Assembly (NCBI GenBank): GCA_029934705.1 | Contig: JAOZLS010000001.1 | Location: forward strand, 1-42,745 | DNA from: Bacteroidales bacterium | GTDB taxonomy: Bacteria; Bacteroidota; Bacteroidia; Bacteroidales; JAADGE01 | Length of the DNA: 42,745 bases | Direction: 5' to 3' | In this document: positions 24,852 through 34,235 of the stretch, in pieces | How the letters are laid out: each line of letters opens with the position of its first letter | Position numbering within the stretch: the stretch's first letter is position 1 | Made by a program: the position numbers and the translations under genes | The notes under the pieces: model-generated | Told to the model about the DNA's origin: nothing | Databases searched by the model: none | What the model saw: the letters and a program-made list of their open reading frames with translations, nothing else

Positions 24852-26411
24852 ATGGCAAATCCTGAAATGTTAAAAAAGATAATAGCACACGCTAAAGAAT
24901 ATGGTTTTATATTTCAATCAAGTGAAATATATGACGGACTAAGTGCTGTATATGACTACGGACAAAACGGCGTAGAGTTGAAAAACAATATTAAAAAATA
25001 TTGGTGGGACTCAATGGTTAAGTTAAACGAAAATATTGTAGGTATTGATACTGCTATATTTATGCACCCCAAAATATGGACTGCTTCAGGGCATGTTGGT
25101 GCATTTAGCGACCCTTTGATTGATAATAAAGACTCTAAAAAAAGATATAGAGCCGATGTTCTTATTGAAGACCACAGAGAAAAAATTCAGCTTAAAATAA
25201 ATAAAGATGTAGATAAAGCTCAAAAAAGATTTGGAGATGAGTTTGATAAAGAAGAGTTTTTAAAAACAAACAAAAGAGTTTTAGACAGACAAGCAAAAAT
25301 AGATAGTATAACTGAGCGGTTCCAAAATGCTTTAAACAATGATGATTTAGATGATTTAAAACAACTTATTGTTGATGAAGGAATAATTTGCCCTGTGTCT
25401 GGTAGTAAAAACTGGACTGATGTTAGACAGTTTAATTTAATGTTTGACACAAAACTAGGTTCGGTTAGCGAAGATGCCGATAAAATTTATTTAAGACCCG
25501 AAACTGCTCAAGGTATTTTTGTAAATTACCTAAATGTGCAAAAAACAGGGCGAATGAAACTTCCTTTTGGTATTGCTCAAATAGGTAAAGCTTTTAGAAA
25601 TGAAATTGTTGCCCGACAATTTATTTTTAGAATGCGAGAGTTTGAACAAATGGAAATGCAATTTTTTATTAGACCTGGCGAACAAGAAAAATGGTTTGAA
25701 CATTGGAAAAACTTACGAATTAGTTGGCATAAAGCTCTTAATTTAGGAAGCGAAGGTTACCGTTTTCATGATCATGATAAACTTGCACATTACGCAACCG
25801 CAGCAACCGATATTGAGTTTGATTTTCCTATGGGATTTAAGGAATTAGAAGGAATTCACTCAAGAGGAGATTTTGATTTATCGCAGCATCAAGAGTTTTC
25901 TGGTAAAAAATTACAATATTTCGATCCCGAATTAAACAAATCGTATGTTCCTTTCGTTATAGAAACATCAATAGGTCTTGACAGAATGTTTCTTGCAATA
26001 CTATCTTCATCATTTAAAGATGAAAAAATAGAAAAAGCTGACGGAAAAACAGAATCAAGAATTGTATTAAAAATTCATCCTGCACTAGCTCCTGTAAAAG
26101 CAGCAGTTTTACCTTTAGTGAAAAAAGATGGATTACCAGAAAAAGCAAGAGAAATTCTTAAAGAATTACAATACGAATTTAATTGCCAATACGAAGAAAA
26201 AGATTCAATTGGTAAACGTTACAGAAGACACGATGCTATTGGTACACCTTTTTGTATTACTGTTGATCATCAATCGCTTGAAGACAACACTGTAACAATA
26301 AGAGACAGAGACACAATGCAGCAAGAGCGAATAAATATTAACGAAGTTAAAAATATTATTAGCGAAAAAACTAATATGAAAAACCTTTTTGAAAAAATTG
26401 AAAATAGATAA
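24852..26411 (+). CDS. glyQS: Glycine--tRNA ligase (dimeric class II type)
   Basis: GFIFQSSEIYDGLSAVYDYGQNGVELKNNIKKYWW, LRPETAQGIFVNY, FRNEIVARQFIFRMREFEQMEMQFF and IETSIGLDR. 519 aa. Confidence 0.95.
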   Translation: MANPEMLKKIIAHAKEYGFIFQSSEIYDGLSAVYDYGQNGVELKNNIKKYWWDSMVKLNENIVGIDTAIFMHPKIWTASGHVGAFSDPLIDNKDSKKRYRADVLIEDHREKIQLKINKDVDKAQKRFGDEFDKEEFLKTNKRVLDRQAKIDSITERFQNALNNDDLDDLKQLIVDEGIICPVSGSKNWTDVRQFNLMFDTKLGSVSEDADKIYLRPETAQGIFVNYLNVQKTGRMKLPFGIAQIGKAFRNEIVARQFIFRMREFEQMEMQFFIRPGEQEKWFEHWKNLRISWHKALNLGSEGYRFHDHDKLAHYATAATDIEFDFPMGFKELEGIHSRGDFDLSQHQEFSGKKLQYFDPELNKSYVPFVIETSIGLDRMFLAILSSSFKDEKIEKADGKTESRIVLKIHPALAPVKAAVLPLVKKDGLPEKAREILKELQYEFNCQYEEKDSIGKRYRRHDAIGTPFCITVDHQSLEDNTVTIRDRDTMQQERININEVKNIISEKTNMKNLFEKIENR

Positions 26412-27378
26412 TATAGAAATAGCTGAAAACCCACTGTTTTTAGCACCAATGGAAGATATTACTGACAGGTCGTTTAGGTATATATGCAAAGAATTTGGAG
26501 CAGATATGCTATACACCGAATTTGTTGCATCCGAAGCTTTAATTAGAGACATTTACAAAAGTAAAACTAAATTAATTATAGATAAGCCTGAACGACCTGT
26601 TGGTATTCAATTATATGGTCATAATATTGATGCAATGGTTGAAGCTGCTAAAATTGCAGAAGAAGCTAAACCAGACCTTATTGATATTAATTATGGATGC
26701 CCTGTAAGAAAAATTGCAACTAGAGGTGCAGGTGCTGGTATGTTACGAGACATACCAAAGATGATTGAAATGACAAAACAAATTGTTGATGCTGTAAAAC
26801 TACCCGTTACAGTAAAAACAAGACTTAGTTGGGATCACGAAAGCACTAAAATTGATGAGATAGCCGAAAGATTACAGGACACAGGAATAAAAGCTCTTAC
26901 AATACACGGAAGAACACGAAATCAATTATATAAAGGTACATCCGACTGGACATTAATAGGGAAAGTTAAAAATAATCCTAATATTTTTATTCCAATAATA
27001 GGAAATGGCGATGTTAAAAATGGAAGAGATGCTAGAGAAAAGTTTGAGAGATATGGTGTTGATGCAATAATGATAGGAAGAGCAGCAATTGGCAAGCCCT
27101 GGGTTTTCAAAGAAATTAAACATTACCTAGAATTTGGAGAAGAAATGACTCCGCTAACTGTTCCTGAAAAAGTTCAAATTGCAAAGAAACATTTTTTAAA
27201 AGCTATAGAAATAAAAGGGTTGCCTAGAGGCTATTACGAATCAAGAAGGCATTTTTCTTTATATTTTAAAGGTCTTCCGCATTTTAAAGAAACAAGATTA
27301 AAATTATTGACCTCGGTTAATACAGACGAGATACTAGAAATATTAAACAATATTGAGAACACATATAAAGATTTTTAA
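26389..27378 (+). CDS. dusB: tRNA-dihydrouridine synthase
   Basis: LFLAPMEDITDRSFR, DINYGCPVRKI (catalytic Cys context) and ALTIHGRTR. There is no in-frame ATG upstream of the conserved APM motif, so the start must be TTG 26389 or TTG 26398. The gene overlaps the glyQS 3' end by 23 nt. Confidence 0.85.
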   Translation: MKKLKIDNIEIAENPLFLAPMEDITDRSFRYICKEFGADMLYTEFVASEALIRDIYKSKTKLIIDKPERPVGIQLYGHNIDAMVEAAKIAEEAKPDLIDINYGCPVRKIATRGAGAGMLRDIPKMIEMTKQIVDAVKLPVTVKTRLSWDHESTKIDEIAERLQDTGIKALTIHGRTRNQLYKGTSDWTLIGKVKNNPNIFIPIIGNGDVKNGRDAREKFERYGVDAIMIGRAAIGKPWVFKEIKHYLEFGEEMTPLTVPEKVQIAKKHFLKAIEIKGLPRGYYESRRHFSLYFKGLPHFKETRLKLLTSVNTDEILEILNNIENTYKDF

Positions 27379-27388
27379 ATTAAATTTC

Positions 27389-30154
27389 ATGCTTTTAAAT
27401 AACAAAAAATATATTATTATAGCCAGCATATTGATTATTACTGCTATAATAGCTTCGTTTTTTATAGGAAATTCAAGAAACAAAATACCTCCTACAATAA
27501 ATGCAGTACCCGAAAAAGTTTCTATAATTTTTGAAACCGAAGATTTACCTTACTTTTTAAGTTCCATACACAACAACGCTAATTTGTTTAGTATAATTTC
27601 TAAAAGCAACTTAATAAAAAACACCTATAATGAACTTAAATTTATTGACTCACTTTTTCAAAGCAATAATAAACTTCGATATTTTTTTGAGAATAAAGAC
27701 GTAATAATTTCATCGCATATAATAAACAAAACAGAAAATAGCACATTACTAATAGCTCCGTTTCAAAGTAAGGACAAACAAAATGTGAAAAAAATTATAA
27801 ATGATTTTAAAGGCGAAAAGCTAACTTTAGAAACTATAAAATACGACAAAGCCGAAATTACTACAGTCTCTTTTGAAAAAAAACCTGACAAAAAAATATT
27901 TTTATCATTTTACGATGGATATTTCATTATTAGTTATTCAAAAATACTTATACAAAACTCAATTCGTAGAATTAACAGTAATTATAGCCTTTCGCAAAAC
28001 AAAAATTTCAACGAATTATATGGCTATACAAAAAGCAATGGTAAAGCTAAACTATTTATAAATTACGAATATTTCTTAAAATCATCAAGCAGAATATTTA
28101 ATAAAAGTGCAAATAAGAAATTTAATTTTCTACATTATTTTGCCGACTGGTCGGGTTTTGATATAAATATTTCAAATCAAAAAATTGAGTTGAGTGGTTA
28201 TACTGTAAGTAAAGACAATGCCCAATATCTTAATTTGTTTAAAAATTTAGAGCCTCAAAAATCTCAGCTACTTGATATTTTTCCTAAAAAGACCTCTTCC
28301 TTTTTCACAATAAATATAAAAAATGGCAACTATTTTAATTCTATGTTTGAAACATATTTGTCTGAAACTAAAAAACTAAAAAAGCATAAAGAGCAAGTTT
28401 ATTATCACAATAAAAGCTTTAATTTTAAATCAAAACAATATCAATTTTATAATTATATTGGAAACGAAATAGGTGTATGCACCGAGGATGTTAATAAGAA
28501 CGGACTAAACCACAATTCCTATTTATTTATAAAAATTACCGATAAAGAATTTTACAAAAACTATGTTGATAGTATGAATAGTAGGTTTTGTAGAAAAAAT
28601 AAGTTAATCCCTAAGAAATTTATAAAGAACATTACCATTAATGATAATAAATACACAATAACTAAAATACATAACAACAAAATGCCCGAAGTGTTTTTTG
28701 GCGATTTCTTTAAATTTATTAAATCGGAATATTCTGCAATAATTGATAATTATTTAGTTTTATCAGAATCGCAACACTCTATAAAAGATCTAATTATTGC
28801 TTATGAAAAAGAGCAATCATTTAAAGCACAATCCCCTGATTTTAATTTAGTTAATTCTTTTTCTGATGAATCAAACATTTTATTTTATACAAATATTTTT
28901 CATTCTACAGGAATTATAAATAAATATCTGAGTAAAAAAAATTCAAAGAAATTCTTATTAGATAAAAAAACGAATAGTTACATAAACGGACCTGTGGTAC
29001 AATTTATAGCAGACTCCTACCCTATTTACACAACTGTTTCGTTTGAGTTTGACAATTCGCCTCCAGATATCTCGGAAACTGTTTGGGAAACAAAACTAGA
29101 CACATCCTTACAAATTGTTCCATATATTACAATAAACCATAACACTAACGAAAAAGAAATTTTTGTACAAGACAAGGACAACAAAATATATTTAATAGAT
29201 AAAAATGGTACAATACTATGGGAAAGACACATTCCTGAGGCAATAATTAGTGATGTATATCAAATAGATTTCTATAAAAACAACAAACTGCAAATAATTT
29301 TTAATACCAAAAACGAAATTTATGCTTATGATAGAAATGGAAATTATTTAGAAAATTATCCTATTAAATTAAAATCACCAGCAACAAACGGAATATCTGT
29401 AATAGACTACGATTTTGATAAAGAATATAGAATTTTTATTGCAACTCAAAATAAAAAGATATATTTATATGATGTAAAAGGCAAAATTTTAAATGGCTGG
29501 CAATTTAATAAAACGCAGTTTAACGTTACTGGAAAAATAAAACATTTTAAAAACGACAAAAAAGACTATATTGTATTTACAGATTTTCATAAACTATATA
29601 TCCTTGATAGAAAAGGAAATACTAGGGTAAAACCTATAGCAGACTTTCCTATAGGCAAGAATTCTGAAATATTTTTCGAAAGAAGAGAAGGTAAAAACAA
29701 ATCTAGATTTGTTACAACAAACCCTGAAGGAACAGTCTATTTTATATACCCCGAAGATGGTAGCATAAAGAAAATGAGTATCGAAAAATATTCAAACCTT
29801 CATTATTTTAATTTTACAGATATAAACGGAGATGATATACCTGAATTTATATATACCGATAAAAGTCAAACCGATGCTTACAATTCACAGAAAAAACGAC
29901 TCTTTTCATATACATATCTTAGTAAAATAACACTAAAACCACAGATTTATAAGTTTTCAAAAGATAATATTAAAATTGGTGCTTGGTCCGACAATAATAA
30001 AATTTATTTAATAAATAATGATGGAACAATTTTCGATGGATTCCCATTACAAGGCATAGGTAATTTCAGAATATCAAAATTCTCCGAAAAGCCAGATTTT
30101 TCTTTGATAGTAGGAGGGAAAAGCAACTTTCTATATAAATATAGAGTCTTCTAA
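27389..30154 (+). CDS. Hypothetical N-terminally membrane-anchored protein with a C-terminal beta-propeller-like repeat region
   Basis: ATG 27389 gives MLLNNKKYIIIASILIITAIIASFF (TM anchor); the track start 27353 is a TTG inside dusB. The C-terminal third holds about 6 blade-like units (IYLIDKNGTILWE, IYAYDRNGNYLENYP, IYLYDVKGKILNGW, LYILDRKGNT, IYLINNDGTIFDGFP). Confidence 0.6.
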   Translation: MLLNNKKYIIIASILIITAIIASFFIGNSRNKIPPTINAVPEKVSIIFETEDLPYFLSSIHNNANLFSIISKSNLIKNTYNELKFIDSLFQSNNKLRYFFENKDVIISSHIINKTENSTLLIAPFQSKDKQNVKKIINDFKGEKLTLETIKYDKAEITTVSFEKKPDKKIFLSFYDGYFIISYSKILIQNSIRRINSNYSLSQNKNFNELYGYTKSNGKAKLFINYEYFLKSSSRIFNKSANKKFNFLHYFADWSGFDINISNQKIELSGYTVSKDNAQYLNLFKNLEPQKSQLLDIFPKKTSSFFTINIKNGNYFNSMFETYLSETKKLKKHKEQVYYHNKSFNFKSKQYQFYNYIGNEIGVCTEDVNKNGLNHNSYLFIKITDKEFYKNYVDSMNSRFCRKNKLIPKKFIKNITINDNKYTITKIHNNKMPEVFFGDFFKFIKSEYSAIIDNYLVLSESQHSIKDLIIAYEKEQSFKAQSPDFNLVNSFSDESNILFYTNIFHSTGIINKYLSKKNSKKFLLDKKTNSYINGPVVQFIADSYPIYTTVSFEFDNSPPDISETVWETKLDTSLQIVPYITINHNTNEKEIFVQDKDNKIYLIDKNGTILWERHIPEAIISDVYQIDFYKNNKLQIIFNTKNEIYAYDRNGNYLENYPIKLKSPATNGISVIDYDFDKEYRIFIATQNKKIYLYDVKGKILNGWQFNKTQFNVTGKIKHFKNDKKDYIVFTDFHKLYILDRKGNTRVKPIADFPIGKNSEIFFERREGKNKSRFVTTNPEGTVYFIYPEDGSIKKMSIEKYSNLHYFNFTDINGDDIPEFIYTDKSQTDAYNSQKKRLFSYTYLSKITLKPQIYKFSKDNIKIGAWSDNNKIYLINNDGTIFDGFPLQGIGNFRISKFSEKPDFSLIVGGKSNFLYKYRVF

Positions 30155-30189
30155 ATTAGAATAAGCTTTTTTTTAGATAAAAAAAACAT

Positions 30190-30197
30190 TAACTTTG
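30190..30197 (+). promoter_or_regulatory. -7 box TAacTTTG for the envelope cluster
   Basis: Exact match ending 45 nt upstream of ATG 30243. Confidence 0.4.
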
Positions 30198-30242
30198 CTA
30201 ATCTTTTTCTAAAAAAATATTAGCTAAAAAATATCTTAAATT

Positions 30243-31487
30243 ATGAAAAAACAAATTACTATCGCATTTATTGCTTCACTATTCTTAGTTATAAGTATTA
30301 GTTTACAATCATGTAGGAAAGATTTTGATGTGAAAGAACTTTCAAATACAACTGCCGACTCTTTAGATTTTGAAGGAAGTATAGCAATACCCATTATTGA
30401 TACAGAATTTACACTTATGGATTTTGCACCAGAAGGAGACTCATCACTTTGGGCAGAAGTTGACGACAATGGATTAGTACACCTAAGAATGTATTACAAA
30501 GAAGTTTTAGACCTAAGGATGAACCAAATATACACAACAATTCCTTACCCAACACCTCCAGGAACGATAATATTAGCTAGCGAAAAAACACTAGCAACCG
30601 ACACTTCAAAAATGAAAGTGTATAATAAAATGCTAAGCGGACATCTATTCTTTAGAGACCCAAGAATTACATTTAAAATATCAAATGAAATTCCTGTAGT
30701 AACTTTTTTCACCTTAGACACTCTTATTTTTTATGATCTGGAAGGGCAGCCTTTGTCACATACTTCTGATAAAAAATATGCAATAACTGCTCCTACTCAA
30801 TCAGAAACTAGTTCGTTAACAGAAATTTTCATTGACAAGGATGAAATACCAATTTTACCAGACGTATTTTCACCAGTTCCTAGATCAATATCATTCGTTG
30901 TAACAGCAGGAAGCGATGGTAATCAAACTTTACCATATTTAACATTAGGTACTGAAAAATTCAATGTAGATGTAGATGTAGATTTACCACTAGATGCACG
31001 CTTAGACGATCTTGTTATGGGCGACACAGTTGCTTATCCTTTTAAAGAAGGTGATGATACTTACGACCAAGTTACTTCATTAACTTTAAAAGTTAGGTTT
31101 AATAATGGTTTTCCTATAGAAGGCATGTCGCAAATTTATTTTGCAGACACAACTAATACAGGAGAAATAGGAAACCTTGTTGACTCAGCATTTACTGATA
31201 TTACTGCCGAAGATATTTTTGTTGATGGCTGGAGATTTAGATCAGCAGAAACAGACGCTATTGGAACAGTAACATATCCTCAAGAAAGTAATATTGTTAT
31301 TACATTAGATCAAGAAAGACTTCAACTTTTTAAAGACTCTCATGTATCAAAAATAATAATAGTGTCGAAACTTAATAGCTACGAAAGTCATTCAGGACTA
31401 AATATAAAAATACTATCTGATTACAAATTAGGAGTTAAGATAGCAGTTAAAGCAGATTTTTCAGTATCGTCGAACGATAATTTATAA
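30243..31487 (+). CDS. Hypothetical lipoprotein
   Basis: Lipobox FLVISISLQS-C. 414 aa with no motif I recognise. The next gene starts only 19 nt downstream. Confidence 0.7.
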   Translation: MKKQITIAFIASLFLVISISLQSCRKDFDVKELSNTTADSLDFEGSIAIPIIDTEFTLMDFAPEGDSSLWAEVDDNGLVHLRMYYKEVLDLRMNQIYTTIPYPTPPGTIILASEKTLATDTSKMKVYNKMLSGHLFFRDPRITFKISNEIPVVTFFTLDTLIFYDLEGQPLSHTSDKKYAITAPTQSETSSLTEIFIDKDEIPILPDVFSPVPRSISFVVTAGSDGNQTLPYLTLGTEKFNVDVDVDLPLDARLDDLVMGDTVAYPFKEGDDTYDQVTSLTLKVRFNNGFPIEGMSQIYFADTTNTGEIGNLVDSAFTDITAEDIFVDGWRFRSAETDAIGTVTYPQESNIVITLDQERLQLFKDSHVSKIIIVSKLNSYESHSGLNIKILSDYKLGVKIAVKADFSVSSNDNL

Positions 31488-31506
31488 AAAGCCTAAATTT
31501 TAAAAC

Positions 31507-32949
31507 ATGAAGAATACAATTAAAATATCAATCATATTAAGTTTCATTTTCATAACAGCTTTTCTGCAAGAAACTTCGGCACAAAACAATATATTGTACG
31601 GAATGCATAATATTCCACAAACAATAAATACAAACCCTGCAAAACAACCCGGTTGTAACGTATTTATAGGATACCCTGCAATTTCAGGAATATATTTAGA
31701 TGTAAACAACTCAGCTCTTACTCTTGGTACTATTTTTAAACCTAGAGCAGACCAACCAGACAGTTTTCTAATTGATTTAGATGCAATAGAAAATGCTATG
31801 GGTGAAAAAAATTACATAAATGCAGAACTAAATATTTCTATTTTAAATTTCGGATTTAGATTACACAATGGTTTTTACTTTAACTTTGGAATTAATAATA
31901 GAACTATTCAAAATTTTGCTTACCCAAAAGCATTAATGGAAATTAGAAGAGGAAATCATCGAGAAGGAGACATACCTTTATCTTTTAATTTTTTCGAAAA
32001 CTTTATGAACTACAATGAATATTCAGTAGGACTTTCAAAAAAGTTTCATAATAATATAACAGTTGGTGGTAAAATAAAAGTACTATCAGGTATTGCTAAC
32101 TTTAGAACTCAAAATTTAGATATAGACTGGAGAACAGAAACTGCCGTAGATAGAATGTATGAGTGGACTTTTGACACCGAATTAAACGCTCAAGCATCAT
32201 CAATTGTAGCTTGGGACTCTTTAATAGATGGAAGTATTGATTTTGAAGAATACAAACCTATGGATATTATTTTCACAGGAAATACAGGACTAGCAGTTGA
32301 CCTTGGAATAGAATATAACTATAATAAGAAGTTAGTAGTTTCGGCAAGTGTTTTAGATTTAGGTTTTATAAAATGGAAAACTAATGCACAAGTATATACT
32401 CAAGAAGGAACATTTCGTTTTAGTGGTTTAGACATAGGAAGCTATTTCTCTGATGTAGAAGAAGCACAAAACACTGAGGCAAGTACCATTACAGACGACA
32501 TGGTTGATACATTATTAAACTTTATTGACCCTACTATAGAGGAAATTGCATACACAACAGGTCTTAACACAAAGATTTTTGTAGGTGCAAATTATTTTGT
32601 AACAAAAAGCATTGATTTCGGACTTTTATATAAAGGACAAATATATAATAAAACACTATTTTCGTCATACACATTATCTGTAAACACAAACTTTTTTAAA
32701 GCATGGTCGTTTTCAGCAGCCTACTCAATTATGGACAACATGTATAACAACCTAGGCTTAGGTTTAGCATACAGACTCGGACCAATTCAAATGTATATAC
32801 TAACAGACAATTTTTCCGCTCCATTCTGGGCAATGAACGAAAGCGAAGGTTCAGATAAATGGCTTAGAAATACAAAAAGAGTGAATTTTCAATTTGGATT
32901 AAATTTCCTTATCTGTAATCAAAAAGTAGATGCAGGATTATTACAATAA
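31507..32949 (+). CDS. Hypothetical outer-membrane beta-barrel protein, PorP/SprF-like (possibly DUF5723-type)
   Basis: Signal peptide ending SAQ. The N-terminal AQNNILYGMHNIPQTINTNPAKQPG resembles the PorP/SprF N-terminal Q..y.m.....NPA signature. Alternating hydrophobic beta-strand patterning runs throughout (GLAVDLGIEYNY, FGLLYKGQIY, GLGLAYRLG). Confidence 0.55.
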   Translation: MKNTIKISIILSFIFITAFLQETSAQNNILYGMHNIPQTINTNPAKQPGCNVFIGYPAISGIYLDVNNSALTLGTIFKPRADQPDSFLIDLDAIENAMGEKNYINAELNISILNFGFRLHNGFYFNFGINNRTIQNFAYPKALMEIRRGNHREGDIPLSFNFFENFMNYNEYSVGLSKKFHNNITVGGKIKVLSGIANFRTQNLDIDWRTETAVDRMYEWTFDTELNAQASSIVAWDSLIDGSIDFEEYKPMDIIFTGNTGLAVDLGIEYNYNKKLVVSASVLDLGFIKWKTNAQVYTQEGTFRFSGLDIGSYFSDVEEAQNTEASTITDDMVDTLLNFIDPTIEEIAYTTGLNTKIFVGANYFVTKSIDFGLLYKGQIYNKTLFSSYTLSVNTNFFKAWSFSAAYSIMDNMYNNLGLGLAYRLGPIQMYILTDNFSAPFWAMNESEGSDKWLRNTKRVNFQFGLNFLICNQKVDAGLLQ

Positions 32950-33027
32950 AACAATAATTGCAACCATTTTTCAGTTTTAATAGTCTTAATAGATAATCTT
33001 TTTTATTAACATTTAATCTTTAACAAC

Positions 33028-33822
33028 ATGAAAACAAAAATTTTATCACTAGCAATTATCTTTTTTGTAGCAATATTTTTTAATATTTCATGCGAAAATC
33101 CAGAACAACCAGATACACAATCGGCGGAAGACGACGCAAGAGGAGCATTAGTTGTATCAGACGCATTTGCATACTCAAATAGTGCTGCAAGTGCAGACCC
33201 AGGGAAATTGGGTATAGATTCTACAGAGTGTTTCACCATTAGCTTTGAAGGCTTTTATCCAGATAGAACAATTACAATAACTTTTGACAGTTGTGTTTCA
33301 GATGCAGGAGTAGTAAGAGATGGTCAAATAATTGTAAACCTTAACGGAGAATGGGGAAATGGAAGAGAAATGACTATTACATTTAATAGTTATAGCGTTG
33401 ATGGAGTATCTGTTGCAGGAGCAATTACAACAACTTATAATCTTATCGCAGAAAACCCTTCATTTAATATTAAAGCCGAAAATATGACATTAACTTTCCC
33501 AGATGAAAGAACAATAGCATGGACTTCGGACAAAACTTTTTTAATGACAGAAGGAATGAATACTCCACTTATAAGACTTGACGATGTTTTCCTTATTTCA
33601 GGGACATCAAATGGTGTAAATCGTATTGGAGACAGCTATAGCACAGAATATATTGATGTTGAAGCGGACAAAAGTTGCGAATGGCCAAAAACAGGTATAG
33701 TAAATATTACTAAAACCGATGAAGAAACTACTACTTTTGATTTTGATCAAGACGGTAGTGCTGAATGCGACAATATAGTTAAAGTAACAAAAGGTGATAT
33801 AACTATTTATATTAATTTATAA
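33028..33822 (+). CDS. Hypothetical lipoprotein, paralog A of a 4-Cys family
   Basis: Lipobox FFNIS-C. It shares QSAEDxARGALxVxDAFAxSNS, ITFDxC, C-x-WP and a C-terminal C-[DN]-N-I with the 34236 gene. Confidence 0.75.
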   Translation: MKTKILSLAIIFFVAIFFNISCENPEQPDTQSAEDDARGALVVSDAFAYSNSAASADPGKLGIDSTECFTISFEGFYPDRTITITFDSCVSDAGVVRDGQIIVNLNGEWGNGREMTITFNSYSVDGVSVAGAITTTYNLIAENPSFNIKAENMTLTFPDERTIAWTSDKTFLMTEGMNTPLIRLDDVFLISGTSNGVNRIGDSYSTEYIDVEADKSCEWPKTGIVNITKTDEETTTFDFDQDGSAECDNIVKVTKGDITIYINL

Positions 33823-33842
33823 ATTAAACTTATTTTTAAACA

Positions 33843-33873
33843 AAAGCCCCAATTATTTGGGGCTTTGTTTTTT
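33843..33873 (+). terminator. Rho-independent terminator
   Basis: Stem aaagccccaa (33843-33852) pairs with ttggggcttt (33857-33866) around a 4-nt loop, followed by g and a T6 run. Confidence 0.75.
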
Positions 33874-33896
33874 CATCATTAATTTTTTAAAGCAAA

Positions 33897-34220
33897 ATGG
33901 GATTTCCTCGAATATTTAAAACTCCAGAGCATAATAAGTTTGATTATAAACCTGTTTATTATAATGAAAGAAAAGAAGCTCTTGACAAAAAGAAAAAACA
34001 TTACGCTCAAATTAAAGAAAAAGAAGAAAGCGGAGAACACATCACAAACATAAAAGGACAATTCCAGTCTGCTGGTATAAAAAAAACATATTCTTCTCAA
34101 GAAAAAACATCAAATTTACGAATTGCAGTTATTATATTTGTTTTCGGCTTTTTAGTTTACGTCGCATTACAAAAATGGGATTTAATTTCTTATATGTTTA
34201 ATATACTTCTTAAAAAATAA
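33897..34220 (+). CDS. Small conserved-looking membrane protein (basic/acidic N-terminal region plus one C-terminal TM helix)
   Basis: MGFPRIFKTPEHNKFDYKPVYYNERKEALDKKKK...NLRIAVIIFVFGFLVYVAL. It resembles a small protein family I recall from other Bacteroidota. The next gene starts 15 nt downstream. Confidence 0.5.
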   Translation: MGFPRIFKTPEHNKFDYKPVYYNERKEALDKKKKHYAQIKEKEESGEHITNIKGQFQSAGIKKTYSSQEKTSNLRIAVIIFVFGFLVYVALQKWDLISYMFNILLKK

Positions 34221-34235
34221 TTTAAAATAAAATTT

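Noticed and set aside
26205-26552. 115-aa antisense ORF spanning the glyQS/dusB junction
   Set aside because: It overlaps two confidently identified housekeeping genes on the opposite strand and has no supporting signals.
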